Shown here: positions 16,694 to 26,763 of the stretch, piece by piece
Layout of the letters: the number at the start of each line of letters is the position of its first letter
Numbering within the stretch: position 1 is the first letter of the stretch
Assembly: GCA_913043225.1 (NCBI GenBank)
Contig: CAJWLU010000002.1
Location: 192,001 to 256,000, forward strand
Direction of reading: 5' to 3'
Length of the DNA stretch: 64,000 nt
Origin: an uncultured Acidobacteriota bacterium
GTDB lineage: Bacteria > Acidobacteriota > Vicinamibacteria > Vicinamibacterales > UBA8438
Program-made: the position numbers and the translations under genes
Notes under the pieces: generated by a model
What the model was told of the DNA's origin: nothing
The model's database searches: none
What the model saw: the letters and a program-made list of their open reading frames with translations, nothing else

Positions 16694-18118
16694 GTGATTC
16701 ATTTTCCAGTCCTTCGGTGGGGTGAGCCCTATCAGAGTCTTGAAACGACCGAGGTGTGCCACTTTTCGACCGGCGAGCCGGTGGCCGCGGTCAGTCAGGC
16801 CAATCCCGGGATCGTGGCTCGCGATCTCCGGAAAGGGTCTGAACGGGCGCGCGACGTGCTTAGGGAGATTCCCTGCGCGGATCTGCTCGCCATGGTCAAG
16901 AAGGGCGGCGAGCTGTTCAAGACGGCCGATCTCCCGCTGGGCGACGGCGTGCAGACTCCGGACGACTTTGTCCGTCAGCAGTCGGCGACCACCGGGCTGC
17001 CCGAGCACATGTGTCGGATGAACATGGGTAAGCTGGAGTACGTCCTGAGTCATCTGGATAAGGTGCTGACTTCGCTGACTCGAAAGCTCGACTACGACAT
17101 CCTGACCCGCGGCTATGGCGAAGAAGACGGTGTCATGCGCAGTTACCAGGCGACCACGCCAGTGTTGGGCATGGTGCTGCCGTCGAACTCCCCAGGGGTG
17201 CACAGCCTGTGGCTCCCGATCATCCCGTTGCAGATCGGATTGGTACTGAAGCCTGGTCCCCAAGAGCCGTGGACTCCTTGGCGCATGGCCCAGGCGTTCT
17301 TCCAAGCGGGTATTCCCAAGGAAGCGATCGCGCTCTATCCGGGTATGGGCGAAGTGGGTGCGGCGGTTCTCAACAATACCCATCGCAGCCTGATCTTCGG
17401 CGGCACCGCGACGGTCGAACAGTACGCCGGAAACCCGGGCGTCCAGGTCCATGGCCCGGGCTTCAGTAAGATCCTGATCGGCGACGACGTGGTCGACAAC
17501 TGGGAGCGGCATCTCGATCTCATGGTCGACAGTGTCCTCACCAACAGCGGGCGGGGTTGCATAAATTGTTCGGGCATCTGGGCGTCCCGTCACACCCGGG
17601 AGATTGCCCAAGCGGTGGCGGAGCGGATCGGGCCGATAGCGCCGTTGCCACCCGAGGACCCGGAGGCCGCGCTGGCGGCGTTCACGGTTCCGGGCCAGGC
17701 GGCTGCTATCTCAGGAGACATCGACAGCGCCTTAAAGGAGGACGGTGTCGAAGAGATTTCGGAGAAGTTCCAAGACGGTGGACGACTCGTGTCCCAGGAG
17801 CACTGCGATTACATCCGCCCAACGGTCATGCACTGCGCCTCTCCTGAGGTGGCGATGTCGAAGAAGGAGTACATGTACCCCTTCGTGACGGTGGTCGAGT
17901 GCCCGCAAGAACAGATGATCAAGGCCATCGGGACCACGCTGGTCGCGACTGGGCTGACCGAAGACCCCTCGTTTACCCGAGCGTTGCTTGATGCCCGCAA
18001 CATCGACCGGTTGAACATTGGTCCGGTGCCAACCATTAAGCTCAATTGGCTGCAGCCTCACGAGGGCAATATCGTCGACTTTCTCTTTCGCCCGCGCGCG
18101 TTCCAGCAGGCCGGGTAA
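16694..18118 (+). CDS. Aldehyde dehydrogenase-fold reductase (GriD/EhpG/LuxC-like)
   Basis: PSNSPG, LVLKPG, catalytic Cys in NSGRGCINCS; VHGPGFSK in place of ELGGK. Confidence 0.8.
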   Translation: MIHFPVLRWGEPYQSLETTEVCHFSTGEPVAAVSQANPGIVARDLRKGSERARDVLREIPCADLLAMVKKGGELFKTADLPLGDGVQTPDDFVRQQSATTGLPEHMCRMNMGKLEYVLSHLDKVLTSLTRKLDYDILTRGYGEEDGVMRSYQATTPVLGMVLPSNSPGVHSLWLPIIPLQIGLVLKPGPQEPWTPWRMAQAFFQAGIPKEAIALYPGMGEVGAAVLNNTHRSLIFGGTATVEQYAGNPGVQVHGPGFSKILIGDDVVDNWERHLDLMVDSVLTNSGRGCINCSGIWASRHTREIAQAVAERIGPIAPLPPEDPEAALAAFTVPGQAAAISGDIDSALKEDGVEEISEKFQDGGRLVSQEHCDYIRPTVMHCASPEVAMSKKEYMYPFVTVVECPQEQMIKAIGTTLVATGLTEDPSFTRALLDARNIDRLNIGPVPTIKLNWLQPHEGNIVDFLFRPRAFQQAG

Positions 18119-18129
18119 AGGTAACGACC

Positions 18130-18801
18130 TTGCTGGAAGTCTCCGGCCTCGCCAAGTCGTATCCGACCCCGCGGGGGGAGTTGGAGATTCTCAAGGACCT
18201 TACGTTCACGCTCGCGCCGGGTGAGGCGGCGTCCATCGTGGGACCTTCCGGCAGCGGGAAGAGTACACTGCTATACATCCTCGGGGCGCTTGAGCCGCCC
18301 ACCCGTGGAACCGTCACGCTTGACGGCGTTGACCCATTCACACTCGGGTCCACCGAGCTGGCCGTTTTCCGTAATCAGCGTGTCGGGTTTGTCTTCCAGG
18401 ATCACCTGCTTCTGCCGCAATGCTCGGTGCTCGAGAACGTCCTGGTACCGGTCCTGGTCGGCCCCGCCGACGAAGAGGCCCCCGAGCGGGCACGAACCCT
18501 GCTCGACCGGGTGGGACTGGTCGACCGGATGGACCATCGTCCGTCTGAACTATCGGGAGGGGAGCGCCAGCGCGTAGCGCTGGCCCGAGCTCTGATCCGC
18601 CAGCCACCGTTGCTGCTTTGTGACGAGCCGACCGGAAACCTCGACGGCGCGGCGGGCGATACGGTGGCCGCCATGCTGTTCGATCTGCATCAGCAGCAGG
18701 AGACCGTGCTGCTTGTCGTGACTCACAACACTGGGTTAGCAGCTCGTTGCCCGATTCGATTCGAGCTGCGCGGGCAATGTCTCGAACGCGCTGTCCAATG
18801 A
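18130..18801 (+). CDS. ABC transporter ATP-binding protein (LolD/MacB-like)
   Basis: GPSGSGKS, LSGGERQR, CDEPTGNLD; start codon uncertain. Confidence 0.9.
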   Translation: MLEVSGLAKSYPTPRGELEILKDLTFTLAPGEAASIVGPSGSGKSTLLYILGALEPPTRGTVTLDGVDPFTLGSTELAVFRNQRVGFVFQDHLLLPQCSVLENVLVPVLVGPADEEAPERARTLLDRVGLVDRMDHRPSELSGGERQRVALARALIRQPPLLLCDEPTGNLDGAAGDTVAAMLFDLHQQQETVLLVVTHNTGLAARCPIRFELRGQCLERAVQ

Positions 18802-21800
18802 CCTTCTGGACCGTCCTTCGGAGGAGCCTGGCCCATTTTTGGCGCACCAACCTGGCCGTGGTCGCCGGGGTGGCGGTAGCCGTTTCCGTGCTGTCCGGTG
18901 CGTTTCTCGTGGGCAGCTCGGTTCGTGCGAGCCTGCGCGACTTGGCGTTGGAGCGGCTGGGGCGGGTCGACCATGTCGTCACCTCCGGGTTGTTCTTCCG
19001 CGACGAGTTGGCCGCCGAACTGGTTTCTTCGGGCGCGCTCGGGGAGGCCGCGTCGGAGGCAGTCCCGCTGATCGCCATCGAAGGACACACCACCCACCAG
19101 GAGAGCGGCAGTCGCGCCGGCGGTATCCAGGTCTACGGGGTGGATGCCAGGTTCTGGGAGTTCCACGGTCTCGAGCCGGGCGACCGAGTGCCCGAGGCTG
19201 GTGAGGTGCTGGTGTCAGAGGGCCTAGCCCGCGAGCTGGGGCTGTCGACTGACGAGACCCTACTGGTGCGGGTGCAGAAGCCCTCTTCGATCCCGGTCAG
19301 CTCACTGCACGGACGTCGCGATGATCTTGGGCAGACGATGCGCCTCCGGGTGCAGGCTGTGCTCGGACCCGATGAGCTTGGCGCCTTTTCGTTCCGACCG
19401 CAGCAGGGCGTGGCGCGCGCTGTGTTCGTACAGCTGGGACGGATGCAGCGCGAACTCGAGCTCGAGGCGCAAGCCAACACGCTGTTGCTCGGTGGGAGCT
19501 TAACGAAGGACGCCCCGGCCTCGGTCGAGGTCATCGAAACAGCGCTCCGGGCCACGACTCGGCTGGGAGATTTAGGGCTGCGGGTGCGCGAGCTCGATCC
19601 ACAGGGTGTGCTCGTCGTCGAGTCTGTCGCGGGGCTGCTGGACGACGATACGGTGGCGGCGGCCCGAGCCGCAGCGCTCGACGCCGGAATGCCTGACCAG
19701 TCGGTGCTGACCTATCTGGCTAACGAGATCCGGATGGGAGAGCGCGTGACGCCCTACTCGCTCGTCACCGGATTGGATCTCGCCCTGCTCGGGGTGTCGC
19801 CCCCGGCAGGCGGGGCTGTGCCACCGATCGTGCTCAACGACTGGACGGCCGAGGACTTGGACGCCGCCGTCGGCGACCGGATCGAGGTGGAGTACTTCCT
19901 ATGGGAGGACGCGGGCGCACTCCTCACCGAGGTGGCCGAGTTCGAAGTGGCCGCCGTCATCCCGATCGCAGGATTGGCCGCCGACCAGGACTTCGCCCCC
20001 GACTATCCAGGTATCACCGAGGCGACCGACGTTTCTGACTGGGACCCGCCCTTCCCGATCGACCTCGAACTCGTTCGTGACAAGGACGAGGATTACTGGG
20101 ACGAGTATCGTACCGTGGCCAAGGGCTTCGTGAGCTTGGAAGCAAGCCAGGCGTTGTGGGAGTCGCGGTGGGGTCGCGTTACTTCACTGCGGGTCGCGCC
20201 GCCGGCTGGTCTCGGTGCCTCGGCGACGCAGGCGTTTCGTGAGTCGTTCCGGAGCGCCCTCGACCCCCTGACTGCCGGGTTCGTCGTCTACCCGGCCAGG
20301 AGTCTGGCCCTCGAGGCGTCGGTCGGTGTCACCGACTTCGGCGAGTACTTCACCTACTTCAGCTTCTTCCTGGTGGTCTCAGCGCTGCTGTTGGCCAGCC
20401 TCTTCTTCCGGCTGGGGGTCGAACAGCGGTTGCGTGAGGTCGGAGCGCTGCAGGCGCTTGGGTTCGATCGGCGCGGTGTCCGGCGTCTGTTCTTGGGCGA
20501 AGCCGCGATCCTTTCTTTCGCCGGGAGTGTGCTCGGGATGGCCGGGGCTGTGGCCTATGCCGACGTCATCATGTGGGGCCTGCGCACGTGGTGGGTGGAT
20601 GCGGTTGGCACGACCCGGCTGATCCTGCACGTGTCGCTTTTCTCGCTGGGCGCCGGGCTGGCCGGGGGAATGCTGGCCGCCGTGGGGTCCATCGCCTGGA
20701 CACTGCGGTCGGTCGAGGCGGCGAGCCCGCGTGCCTTGATCAGCGGCTCACTGCCAGATTCGTCCAGCGCCGAGGGCGGGCCGTCCGTGCTCGTTCGGTG
20801 GGCCCCGGCGCTCCTGGCGTTACTTGGGCTGACGGCGCTCGGGGCGACATTGGCCGGCCTCATCGACGACACGGCCGGGTTCTTCAGCGCCGGTCTGTTG
20901 CTGCTGGCTGCGATGTTGACCCTATCCTGGGTGCTCCTGGCCGTGCAGGAGGGCCGCGCCGAGGCGCTTGCTCCCGGATGGTCAGTGGCACGGATCGGGG
21001 TCCGCAACACCACAGCTCGGCCCGGCCGGTCCGTGCTCTGCATCACGCTGATCGCCTTCGCCGCCTTTATCATCGTGGCCGTGGATGCGTTCCGGCGCGA
21101 CGGCTCGGCAGGCACCACCGACCCGAAGTCGGGTACCGGAGGCTACCCGTTGCTGGCCGACGCCCTGCTGCCGCTGGTGCATGACCTGTCTAGCGAGGAG
21201 GGCCGTACGGAACTTGGGATCTCAACCTTCGACGATGAGATCTTCGGGTCGGCGACTTTCGCACGTTTTCGGGTCCGACCTGGCGAAGATGCCAGTTGCT
21301 TGAACCTCTATCAGGCCAAGAACCCGAAGCTCCTGGCACCCGACCCGGCCTTCGTGGCCGAGGGGCGGTTCGGGTTCGGTGCCTCGCTGGCTGAGACTCC
21401 TGCGGAGGAAGCTAATCCTTGGCTGCTGCTGCGGCGCGAGTTCCCTGACGGCGCCATTCCCGCCATCGCCGACGCGACGTCGCTGGCCTACGCGCTTCAT
21501 CTGTCGGTTGGCGACGATTTCGTGCTGAATCGAGACAGCGACAACCCGATCACGTTGCGGATCGTCGCCGCACTGACCGACAGCATCTTCCAAGGAGAGT
21601 TGCTGATTGGCGAGACCGCGTTCCTCCGAGAGTTCCCAGAGTACGACGGTTATCGGTTCTTCTTGGTCAACAGTCCTGCGGAGCAGATCGGCGAGGTGAC
21701 CGCCGCGCTTGAGGATCGGCTTTCGGACTACGGCTTCGATATCACGTCGGCGTCCGAGCGGCTCGCCGCGTTCCACCGGGTGGAGAACACCTATCTGGCC

Positions 21801-22169
21801 ACCTTTCAGACGCTGGGAGCGCTCGGTCTGCTACTGGGGACCCTGGGGCTCGGCGCGGTGCTTCTCCGCAATGTGCTGGAGAGACGAAAGGAGCTCGCGC
21901 TGCTGCGGGCGGTAGGCTACGACCCCAGCGCGGTGTCGCGCATGGTCCTGGTGGAGAACGGCCTACTGCTGTTCGGCGGGCTGGGAACTGGGACCGTCTG
22001 TGCGGTTATCGCCATCGCGCCAGCCTTCCTCGAGCGGGGCGGCGGTTTTCCCTTTGCCTCTCTCGGTGGACTGCTGCTTGCCGTGGCGCTGGCTGGTCTG
22101 CTGTCCTCGCTCGTCGCCACCGTCGTGGCCGTGCGTTCGCCGTTGCTGGCCGCGCTTCGATCCGAGTAG
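18798..22169 (+). CDS. FtsX/MacB-like ABC permease with duplicated domains
   Basis: About 1120 aa; two TM clusters (QRLREVGALQALGF; ERRKELALLRAVGY) with large extracytoplasmic loops; ATGA overlap with ATPase. Confidence 0.88.
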   Translation: MTFWTVLRRSLAHFWRTNLAVVAGVAVAVSVLSGAFLVGSSVRASLRDLALERLGRVDHVVTSGLFFRDELAAELVSSGALGEAASEAVPLIAIEGHTTHQESGSRAGGIQVYGVDARFWEFHGLEPGDRVPEAGEVLVSEGLARELGLSTDETLLVRVQKPSSIPVSSLHGRRDDLGQTMRLRVQAVLGPDELGAFSFRPQQGVARAVFVQLGRMQRELELEAQANTLLLGGSLTKDAPASVEVIETALRATTRLGDLGLRVRELDPQGVLVVESVAGLLDDDTVAAARAAALDAGMPDQSVLTYLANEIRMGERVTPYSLVTGLDLALLGVSPPAGGAVPPIVLNDWTAEDLDAAVGDRIEVEYFLWEDAGALLTEVAEFEVAAVIPIAGLAADQDFAPDYPGITEATDVSDWDPPFPIDLELVRDKDEDYWDEYRTVAKGFVSLEASQALWESRWGRVTSLRVAPPAGLGASATQAFRESFRSALDPLTAGFVVYPARSLALEASVGVTDFGEYFTYFSFFLVVSALLLASLFFRLGVEQRLREVGALQALGFDRRGVRRLFLGEAAILSFAGSVLGMAGAVAYADVIMWGLRTWWVDAVGTTRLILHVSLFSLGAGLAGGMLAAVGSIAWTLRSVEAASPRALISGSLPDSSSAEGGPSVLVRWAPALLALLGLTALGATLAGLIDDTAGFFSAGLLLLAAMLTLSWVLLAVQEGRAEALAPGWSVARIGVRNTTARPGRSVLCITLIAFAAFIIVAVDAFRRDGSAGTTDPKSGTGGYPLLADALLPLVHDLSSEEGRTELGISTFDDEIFGSATFARFRVRPGEDASCLNLYQAKNPKLLAPDPAFVAEGRFGFGASLAETPAEEANPWLLLRREFPDGAIPAIADATSLAYALHLSVGDDFVLNRDSDNPITLRIVAALTDSIFQGELLIGETAFLREFPEYDGYRFFLVNSPAEQIGEVTAALEDRLSDYGFDITSASERLAAFHRVENTYLATFQTLGALGLLLGTLGLGAVLLRNVLERRKELALLRAVGYDPSAVSRMVLVENGLLLFGGLGTGTVCAVIAIAPAFLERGGGFPFASLGGLLLAVALAGLLSSLVATVVAVRSPLLAALRSE

Positions 22170-22279
22170 CGCCGTGACCCTTGCCCTCAGGTCGAACGCT
22201 CCATCGAAAAGATCAAACGGATGATTCGCGAAGATCCGCGGATGCTGCCTAGGCGCCCAGAGCCTCCAGTGAAGACTCC

Positions 22280-24352
22280 ATGACGGTGTTAGACGCCAGA
22301 GCGGCTGAGGTGCCCCGCGCCCGGGTCGACCCGACCGGCTTCAAGCATCACGGCGTGACCCGGGTCGACGACTACTACTGGTTGCGGGAACGGGGCAGTG
22401 CCGAGGTCACGGGCTACCTGGAGGCGGAGAACAGTTACACCGAAGAGGTCATGGCGCCGACTGGTGACTTGCAGGAGACGCTCTTTGAAGAGATCAAAGG
22501 GCGGATCAAGCAGACCGACATGTCGGTGCCCTATCGACAGGGAGACTACACCTACTTCACCCGTTACGAGAATGGTCGCGAGTATCCGATCCACTGTCGG
22601 CGACCGTTGACTGCCGCCAATGACACCGGGGTGGACCAGGTCCTCGTCGACGTCAACGTCGTGGCCGAGGGGCATGACTTCTGCCAGGTGGCTGGGCTGG
22701 TGGTCAGTCCGGACCAGCGGCGGCTCGCCTATTCCACCGACCTCGAAGGACGTCGCGTCTACACCGTTCGTATCAAGGACCTGGAGACCGGCGAGCTGCT
22801 CGCGGACACACTCGAGAATGTCACGCCCAACGTGACCTGGGCGGCTGATAGCCAGACCCTCTTTTACACGCGGCAGGATCCGACGACGCTTCGCTGGCAT
22901 CAGATCTACCGCCACCGGCTCGGGACGCCACAGGAGGAAGACGTCCTCGTCTATCAGGAAGACGACGACACCTTCAACTGTGAGGTGGGCAAGACCCGTT
23001 CGAAGCAGTTCTTGCTGATCGCGTCGTCACAGACGGTGTCGACCGAGTATCGCTACCTCAACGCTGATACGCCCGACGGCGAGTTTCAGCTCTTCCTTGG
23101 GCGCGAGCGCGATCACGAATATCACCTTGACCATTTCCAGGGCCGTTTCTTCATCCGGACCAACCGCGAGGCACAGAACTTCAAGCTGATGGAGACGGCC
23201 GAGCAGGAGTTGTCCGAGGAGCGTTGGTCGGTGCTGGTGCCCCACAGCGACGATGTGTTACTCGGTGCGTTCGAGCTGTTCGACGACTATCTCGTGCTTC
23301 AGGAGCGACGCGAAGGATTGGTACATCTGCATGTGCGTCCCTGGGCAGGGGATGGGGCGCACCACGTCGCCTTTGACGAGCCGGTCTTCGACAGCTACAT
23401 CGGCGTCAACCGAGAGCCGGACACGCAGGTTTTGCGTTTTGGCTACGAGTCGCTGACCACGCCGTCCTCCACCTACGACTACGACATGGCGAGCCGTAAC
23501 CGGATCCTGTTGAAGCGGGAGGAGGTGCTGGGCGGCTTCGACCCCGAGCAGTACGAAGCAGAGCGGCTGTTCGCCACTGCTGCCGACGGCGAGCGGGTGC
23601 CGATCTCTCTGGTGGCTGGGAAGGGTACGCCTCGAGACGGGTCGGCGCCGCTGCTGCTTTATGGCTACGGTGCCTACGGCATCTCCATGGATCCGGCTTT
23701 CAACTCTGCGCGGTTGAGCCTGCTCGACCGGGGGTTCATCTATGCCATTGCCCACATCCGTGGCGGGCAGGAGCTCGGGCGGCGGTGGTACGACGCCGGC
23801 CGTTTGGGACAGAAGCAGAACACGTTCTCTGACTTCATCGCCTGCGCCGAGTTCCTGGTTCGCGAACGGCGCACGGGCGCAGGCCAACTGTTCGCCATGG
23901 GAGGAAGCGCGGGTGGATTGCTGCTGGGGGCCGTTGTGAATCAGCGGCCAGACCTGTTTGCTGGCGCGGTCGCTCAGGTCCCCTTCGTCGACGTGGTCAC
24001 GACGATGCTCGACGAGACGATCCCCTTGACCACAGGCGAATACGATGAGTGGGGTAACCCGAGCGAGCGGCAGGCGTTCGAGGACATCCTGGCCTATTCG
24101 CCCTATGACAACGTCACCGCACAGGATTATCCCGCGCTCCTGGTTCTGGCGGGCCTACACGACTCGCAAGTACAGTACTGGGAGCCGGCCAAGTGGGTGG
24201 CTAAGCTCCGCGCGTTCAAGACCGACAATCGGCCCCTGTTGTTGAAGACCAACATGGACGCCGGTCACGGTGGAGTGTCCGGGCGCTACCGTCGCTACCG
24301 TGAAGTGGCTCTCCAGTACGCCTTTCTGCTGGCCGAGGCCGATCTCGTCTGA
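22280..24352 (+). CDS. ptrB: Oligopeptidase B (S9A)
   Basis: DDYYWLR, GGSAGG nucleophile, DSQVQYWEPAKW, AGHGG. Confidence 0.92.
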   Translation: MTVLDARAAEVPRARVDPTGFKHHGVTRVDDYYWLRERGSAEVTGYLEAENSYTEEVMAPTGDLQETLFEEIKGRIKQTDMSVPYRQGDYTYFTRYENGREYPIHCRRPLTAANDTGVDQVLVDVNVVAEGHDFCQVAGLVVSPDQRRLAYSTDLEGRRVYTVRIKDLETGELLADTLENVTPNVTWAADSQTLFYTRQDPTTLRWHQIYRHRLGTPQEEDVLVYQEDDDTFNCEVGKTRSKQFLLIASSQTVSTEYRYLNADTPDGEFQLFLGRERDHEYHLDHFQGRFFIRTNREAQNFKLMETAEQELSEERWSVLVPHSDDVLLGAFELFDDYLVLQERREGLVHLHVRPWAGDGAHHVAFDEPVFDSYIGVNREPDTQVLRFGYESLTTPSSTYDYDMASRNRILLKREEVLGGFDPEQYEAERLFATAADGERVPISLVAGKGTPRDGSAPLLLYGYGAYGISMDPAFNSARLSLLDRGFIYAIAHIRGGQELGRRWYDAGRLGQKQNTFSDFIACAEFLVRERRTGAGQLFAMGGSAGGLLLGAVVNQRPDLFAGAVAQVPFVDVVTTMLDETIPLTTGEYDEWGNPSERQAFEDILAYSPYDNVTAQDYPALLVLAGLHDSQVQYWEPAKWVAKLRAFKTDNRPLLLKTNMDAGHGGVSGRYRRYREVALQYAFLLAEADLV

Positions 24353-24356
24353 TTTC

Positions 24357-24657
24357 CTAGACCCGCGGGATCGGATTTTGTCCTAAAGCATGGTCCATCA
24401 GTTGCGAGCCGATGCTCTGACCGCGTCGGTTGTCCCCGATCCAGACGAAGTCGATGAACTGATTGTCGAGGGCCGGTCATGTGCGGCCACACGCGCGCGA
24501 CGTAATCGTCGACGTCGGTGCCTTCAATCCAGGAGTGCGTCTTCTCGCGCATTATGAAGTCGGCGTAGGTGGTGACAAGCGAGCGCCTGCAGAGGCCGAT
24601 GATGGCCGGCTGGTCGGCCGCCGTAGCCGGGCGAAACTCAAGACACGGCTGAGTCAA
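24357..24657 (-). pseudogene. GNAT acetyltransferase pseudogene
   Basis: EFRPATAADQPAI...VWPHMT in one frame; FIDFVWIGDNRRGQSIGSQLMDHA (acetyl-CoA motif) in another frame after about 24475; truncated. Confidence 0.65.
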
Positions 24658-24737
24658 GTGGCCATCGGGGCGGCGCGGAGCACGCCCGCGAAACGCTGGT
24701 GTTCGTCCACACGCCGGCCGGATATCAGACGTGGGTG

Positions 24738-25010
24738 CTATTGCTGCTCGCCGGGGTCGGCGTCGTCCTTGATGGCGAGTTCGCCCCGCTCCACGCGGGC
24801 CAGCAGGTCGCGGGCCCGCTCCGCCTTGTCGACCGGGACCAGGACCTCGGCGGCGCCGATGCCGTCGATCGAGATGGCGTGGGTCACCCGCAGCGACTCT
24901 CCGCGCAACTGGCACGGAATGTCGTAGGCTTCGAGGAATGACTTTAGCTGGGCCTCCACATACGGCCCCTGCACGGTGGAGATGACGATGTATCCGTCCT
25001 GCTCGATCAT
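24738..25010 (-). CDS. DUF2007 (putative signal transducing) protein
   Basis: EAQLKSFLEAYDIPC...GIGAAEVLVP...AERARDLL. Confidence 0.75.
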   Translation of the reverse strand: MIEQDGYIVISTVQGPYVEAQLKSFLEAYDIPCQLRGESLRVTHAISIDGIGAAEVLVPVDKAERARDLLARVERGELAIKDDADPGEQQ

Positions 25011-25444
25011 CCAGCCTCTCCGCCCGAGTCTCCCTGCTGGACGATGTTCAGCTGGAGCATGAGTCCTAGCAGGTCCGCTTGCTCCCACCGTTCAACGATC
25101 TTCCCGTCGCGTAGGCGCAGGAACAACATGGAGGTCAGGGCGATCGGGTTTCCGGTGGGCTGGGCGCCCATGAGGGCCCCCTGGCTCGTTCCGCTGAAAG
25201 TGGCGCGGACCGCCACCAGATCCCGTTCTGCCACCATCTCGTGCATGTCGACCCTCAAGTCTGGAAATGCGTTGCGGAACACCGTATACATCGCCCGGGC
25301 CCCGTCAGGGCCAGGGGGCTGGCCCGTCAGGGCGCCGTGGTCCACGTAGTCGTCGCCGATCAGCTCATCAATGGTTTCGTCCCGGCCCTCGTTGAACACC
25401 TCGTCGAGTAACCGTCTGGCCAGTGCTTTGTGCTGATCGGACAT
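25007..25444 (-). CDS. SnoaL-like ester cyclase
   Basis: FRNAFPDL, DLVAVR, GKIVERW, DLLGLMLQL. Confidence 0.85.
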   Translation of the reverse strand: MSDQHKALARRLLDEVFNEGRDETIDELIGDDYVDHGALTGQPPGPDGARAMYTVFRNAFPDLRVDMHEMVAERDLVAVRATFSGTSQGALMGAQPTGNPIALTSMLFLRLRDGKIVERWEQADLLGLMLQLNIVQQGDSGGEAG

Positions 25445-25466
25445 GGCGGTTGTCGGTGTTGTGGGT

Positions 25467-25883
25467 CTACTTCATCGGCGAGTAGTCGGTGGCGTCCATG
25501 AAGACGCTCTCGACCTGGACGCGCCCCACCCCGGATGCCTGCGCGATACCTGGCCAGTCTGGGTCCTCTCGGAACGCGCCCCAGTTCTCGCGGGCTGCGT
25601 CGCGGCTGTCGTGGGCGATGATGTAGATCAGGGTGTTAGGAGTGTCCTGCGGCACCCAGTAACCCACGTTCTCCATGTTGTGGCGCTCGAAGATCCCCAT
25701 GGTGTGGTCGCGGAACCGGGCATTTAGGTTCGGGAGCTTGCCGTCGTCTGTAGCGTAGGTCCGGAGCTCGAACACCTTATTACCCTGGGCCGAGACACCA
25801 TCGGTTGTCCAGAGATTACCGGCCATGAAGCCGAGCACGAAGACTGCGATGCCGCACGCCGTGAGTACGTTTCGATTCGTCAT
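25467..25883 (-). CDS. NIPSNAP family protein with signal peptide
   Basis: VFELRTY, ARFRDHT, FREDPDW, TDYSPMK. Confidence 0.85.
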   Translation of the reverse strand: MTNRNVLTACGIAVFVLGFMAGNLWTTDGVSAQGNKVFELRTYATDDGKLPNLNARFRDHTMGIFERHNMENVGYWVPQDTPNTLIYIIAHDSRDAARENWGAFREDPDWPGIAQASGVGRVQVESVFMDATDYSPMK

Positions 25884-26317
25884 GTTGTCTTCTCCTGTTC
25901 CGACGGTTTTATTCCGCGACTGAGGAGCGCGACTGCTTGGTTGAACACCAGGCTGACGCCTCGCCCGTCAAGCAGTCGAGCCGCGACCTCAGGTGACGTC
26001 CACTGCCGTTGTCTGACCATTTGTTCGTCCCACTCGTCGTCGACCTGCTCCGCTGTAAGCAGATATACGGCGACGGTGTCGGTGCCTCCGTACTTGGTGA
26101 TGTCATAGTAGCCGACCGGGTCGCCAACCACACGGCCATGCACGCCAGCCTCCTCCTCCGCCTCGCGGCCTGCCGTCTCGTGCGGACTGTCTCACGGGTC
26201 GATGAAACCCTTTGGGATCGACCATTTCCCAGAGCTGATTGTGGTGATCAGACAGACCTCAAGGCCGCCCCTGCTGAGTCGGTAGGGGACGGCGGCGGCT
26301 TGCTGCACATCCGGCAT
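25880..26317 (-). pseudogene. NUDIX hydrolase interrupted by in-frame TGA
   Basis: QAAAVPYR...WSIPKGFIDP*DSPHETAGREAEEEAG; TGA at 26192-26194 lies inside the Nudix box and both halves share a frame. Confidence 0.8.
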
Positions 26318-26730
26318 CACCGGTCGGGCAATTGTCTGGCCAGCCAGAGGGTGGCGAGCCCCAGCGGGATAACGAGCGGACCCTCGAACAGGGTCCAGGA
26401 CATCGGGAGGCCCTCGTAGGTGTCGATGCCCAGCAGCGCGACTCCGAAGAGGGCCTGCGCCCATCCCAGGTAGATGAGTACCTCTCGGTGGCGGGTGAGG
26501 TCGAAGGACACCACCCACATCAGTCCCCCCAGCATCGCGTAGAAGGCCGAGGTCGAACGGGCCAGATAGCCGACGATCGGGTCTCGAGGTAGCTCGCCGA
26601 GTCCCAGCCACGCATGGATGCTGACCATCCACGACTCGGGTGCGACGATGAAAATCAGGGCGAAGAGCTCGATGGTACCGGCCACCCGCAGTAACCACCG
26701 GAAGATGCGGTCGCGGGCGTCTTGACGCAT
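26317..26730 (-). CDS. Hypothetical membrane protein (about 4 TM)
   Basis: 137 aa, hydrophobic helices, TGATG coupling to the NUDIX gene. Confidence 0.7.
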   Translation of the reverse strand: MRQDARDRIFRWLLRVAGTIELFALIFIVAPESWMVSIHAWLGLGELPRDPIVGYLARSTSAFYAMLGGLMWVVSFDLTRHREVLIYLGWAQALFGVALLGIDTYEGLPMSWTLFEGPLVIPLGLATLWLARQLPDR

Positions 26731-26763
26731 CTTCGACTGCTTCGCGCTACGGTCGAGCAGAGC

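Noticed and set aside
15041..18118. lux bioluminescence operon (LuxE/LuxC)
   Set aside because: No luxA/B or luxD present; motifs fit GriC/EhpF-type proteins better
26192..26194. NUDIX TGA as selenocysteine or as evidence of a genome-wide UGA-to-Gly code
   Set aside because: Aligns to Gly rather than Cys, has no SECIS-like hairpin, and many intact genes in the window use TGA as a true stop
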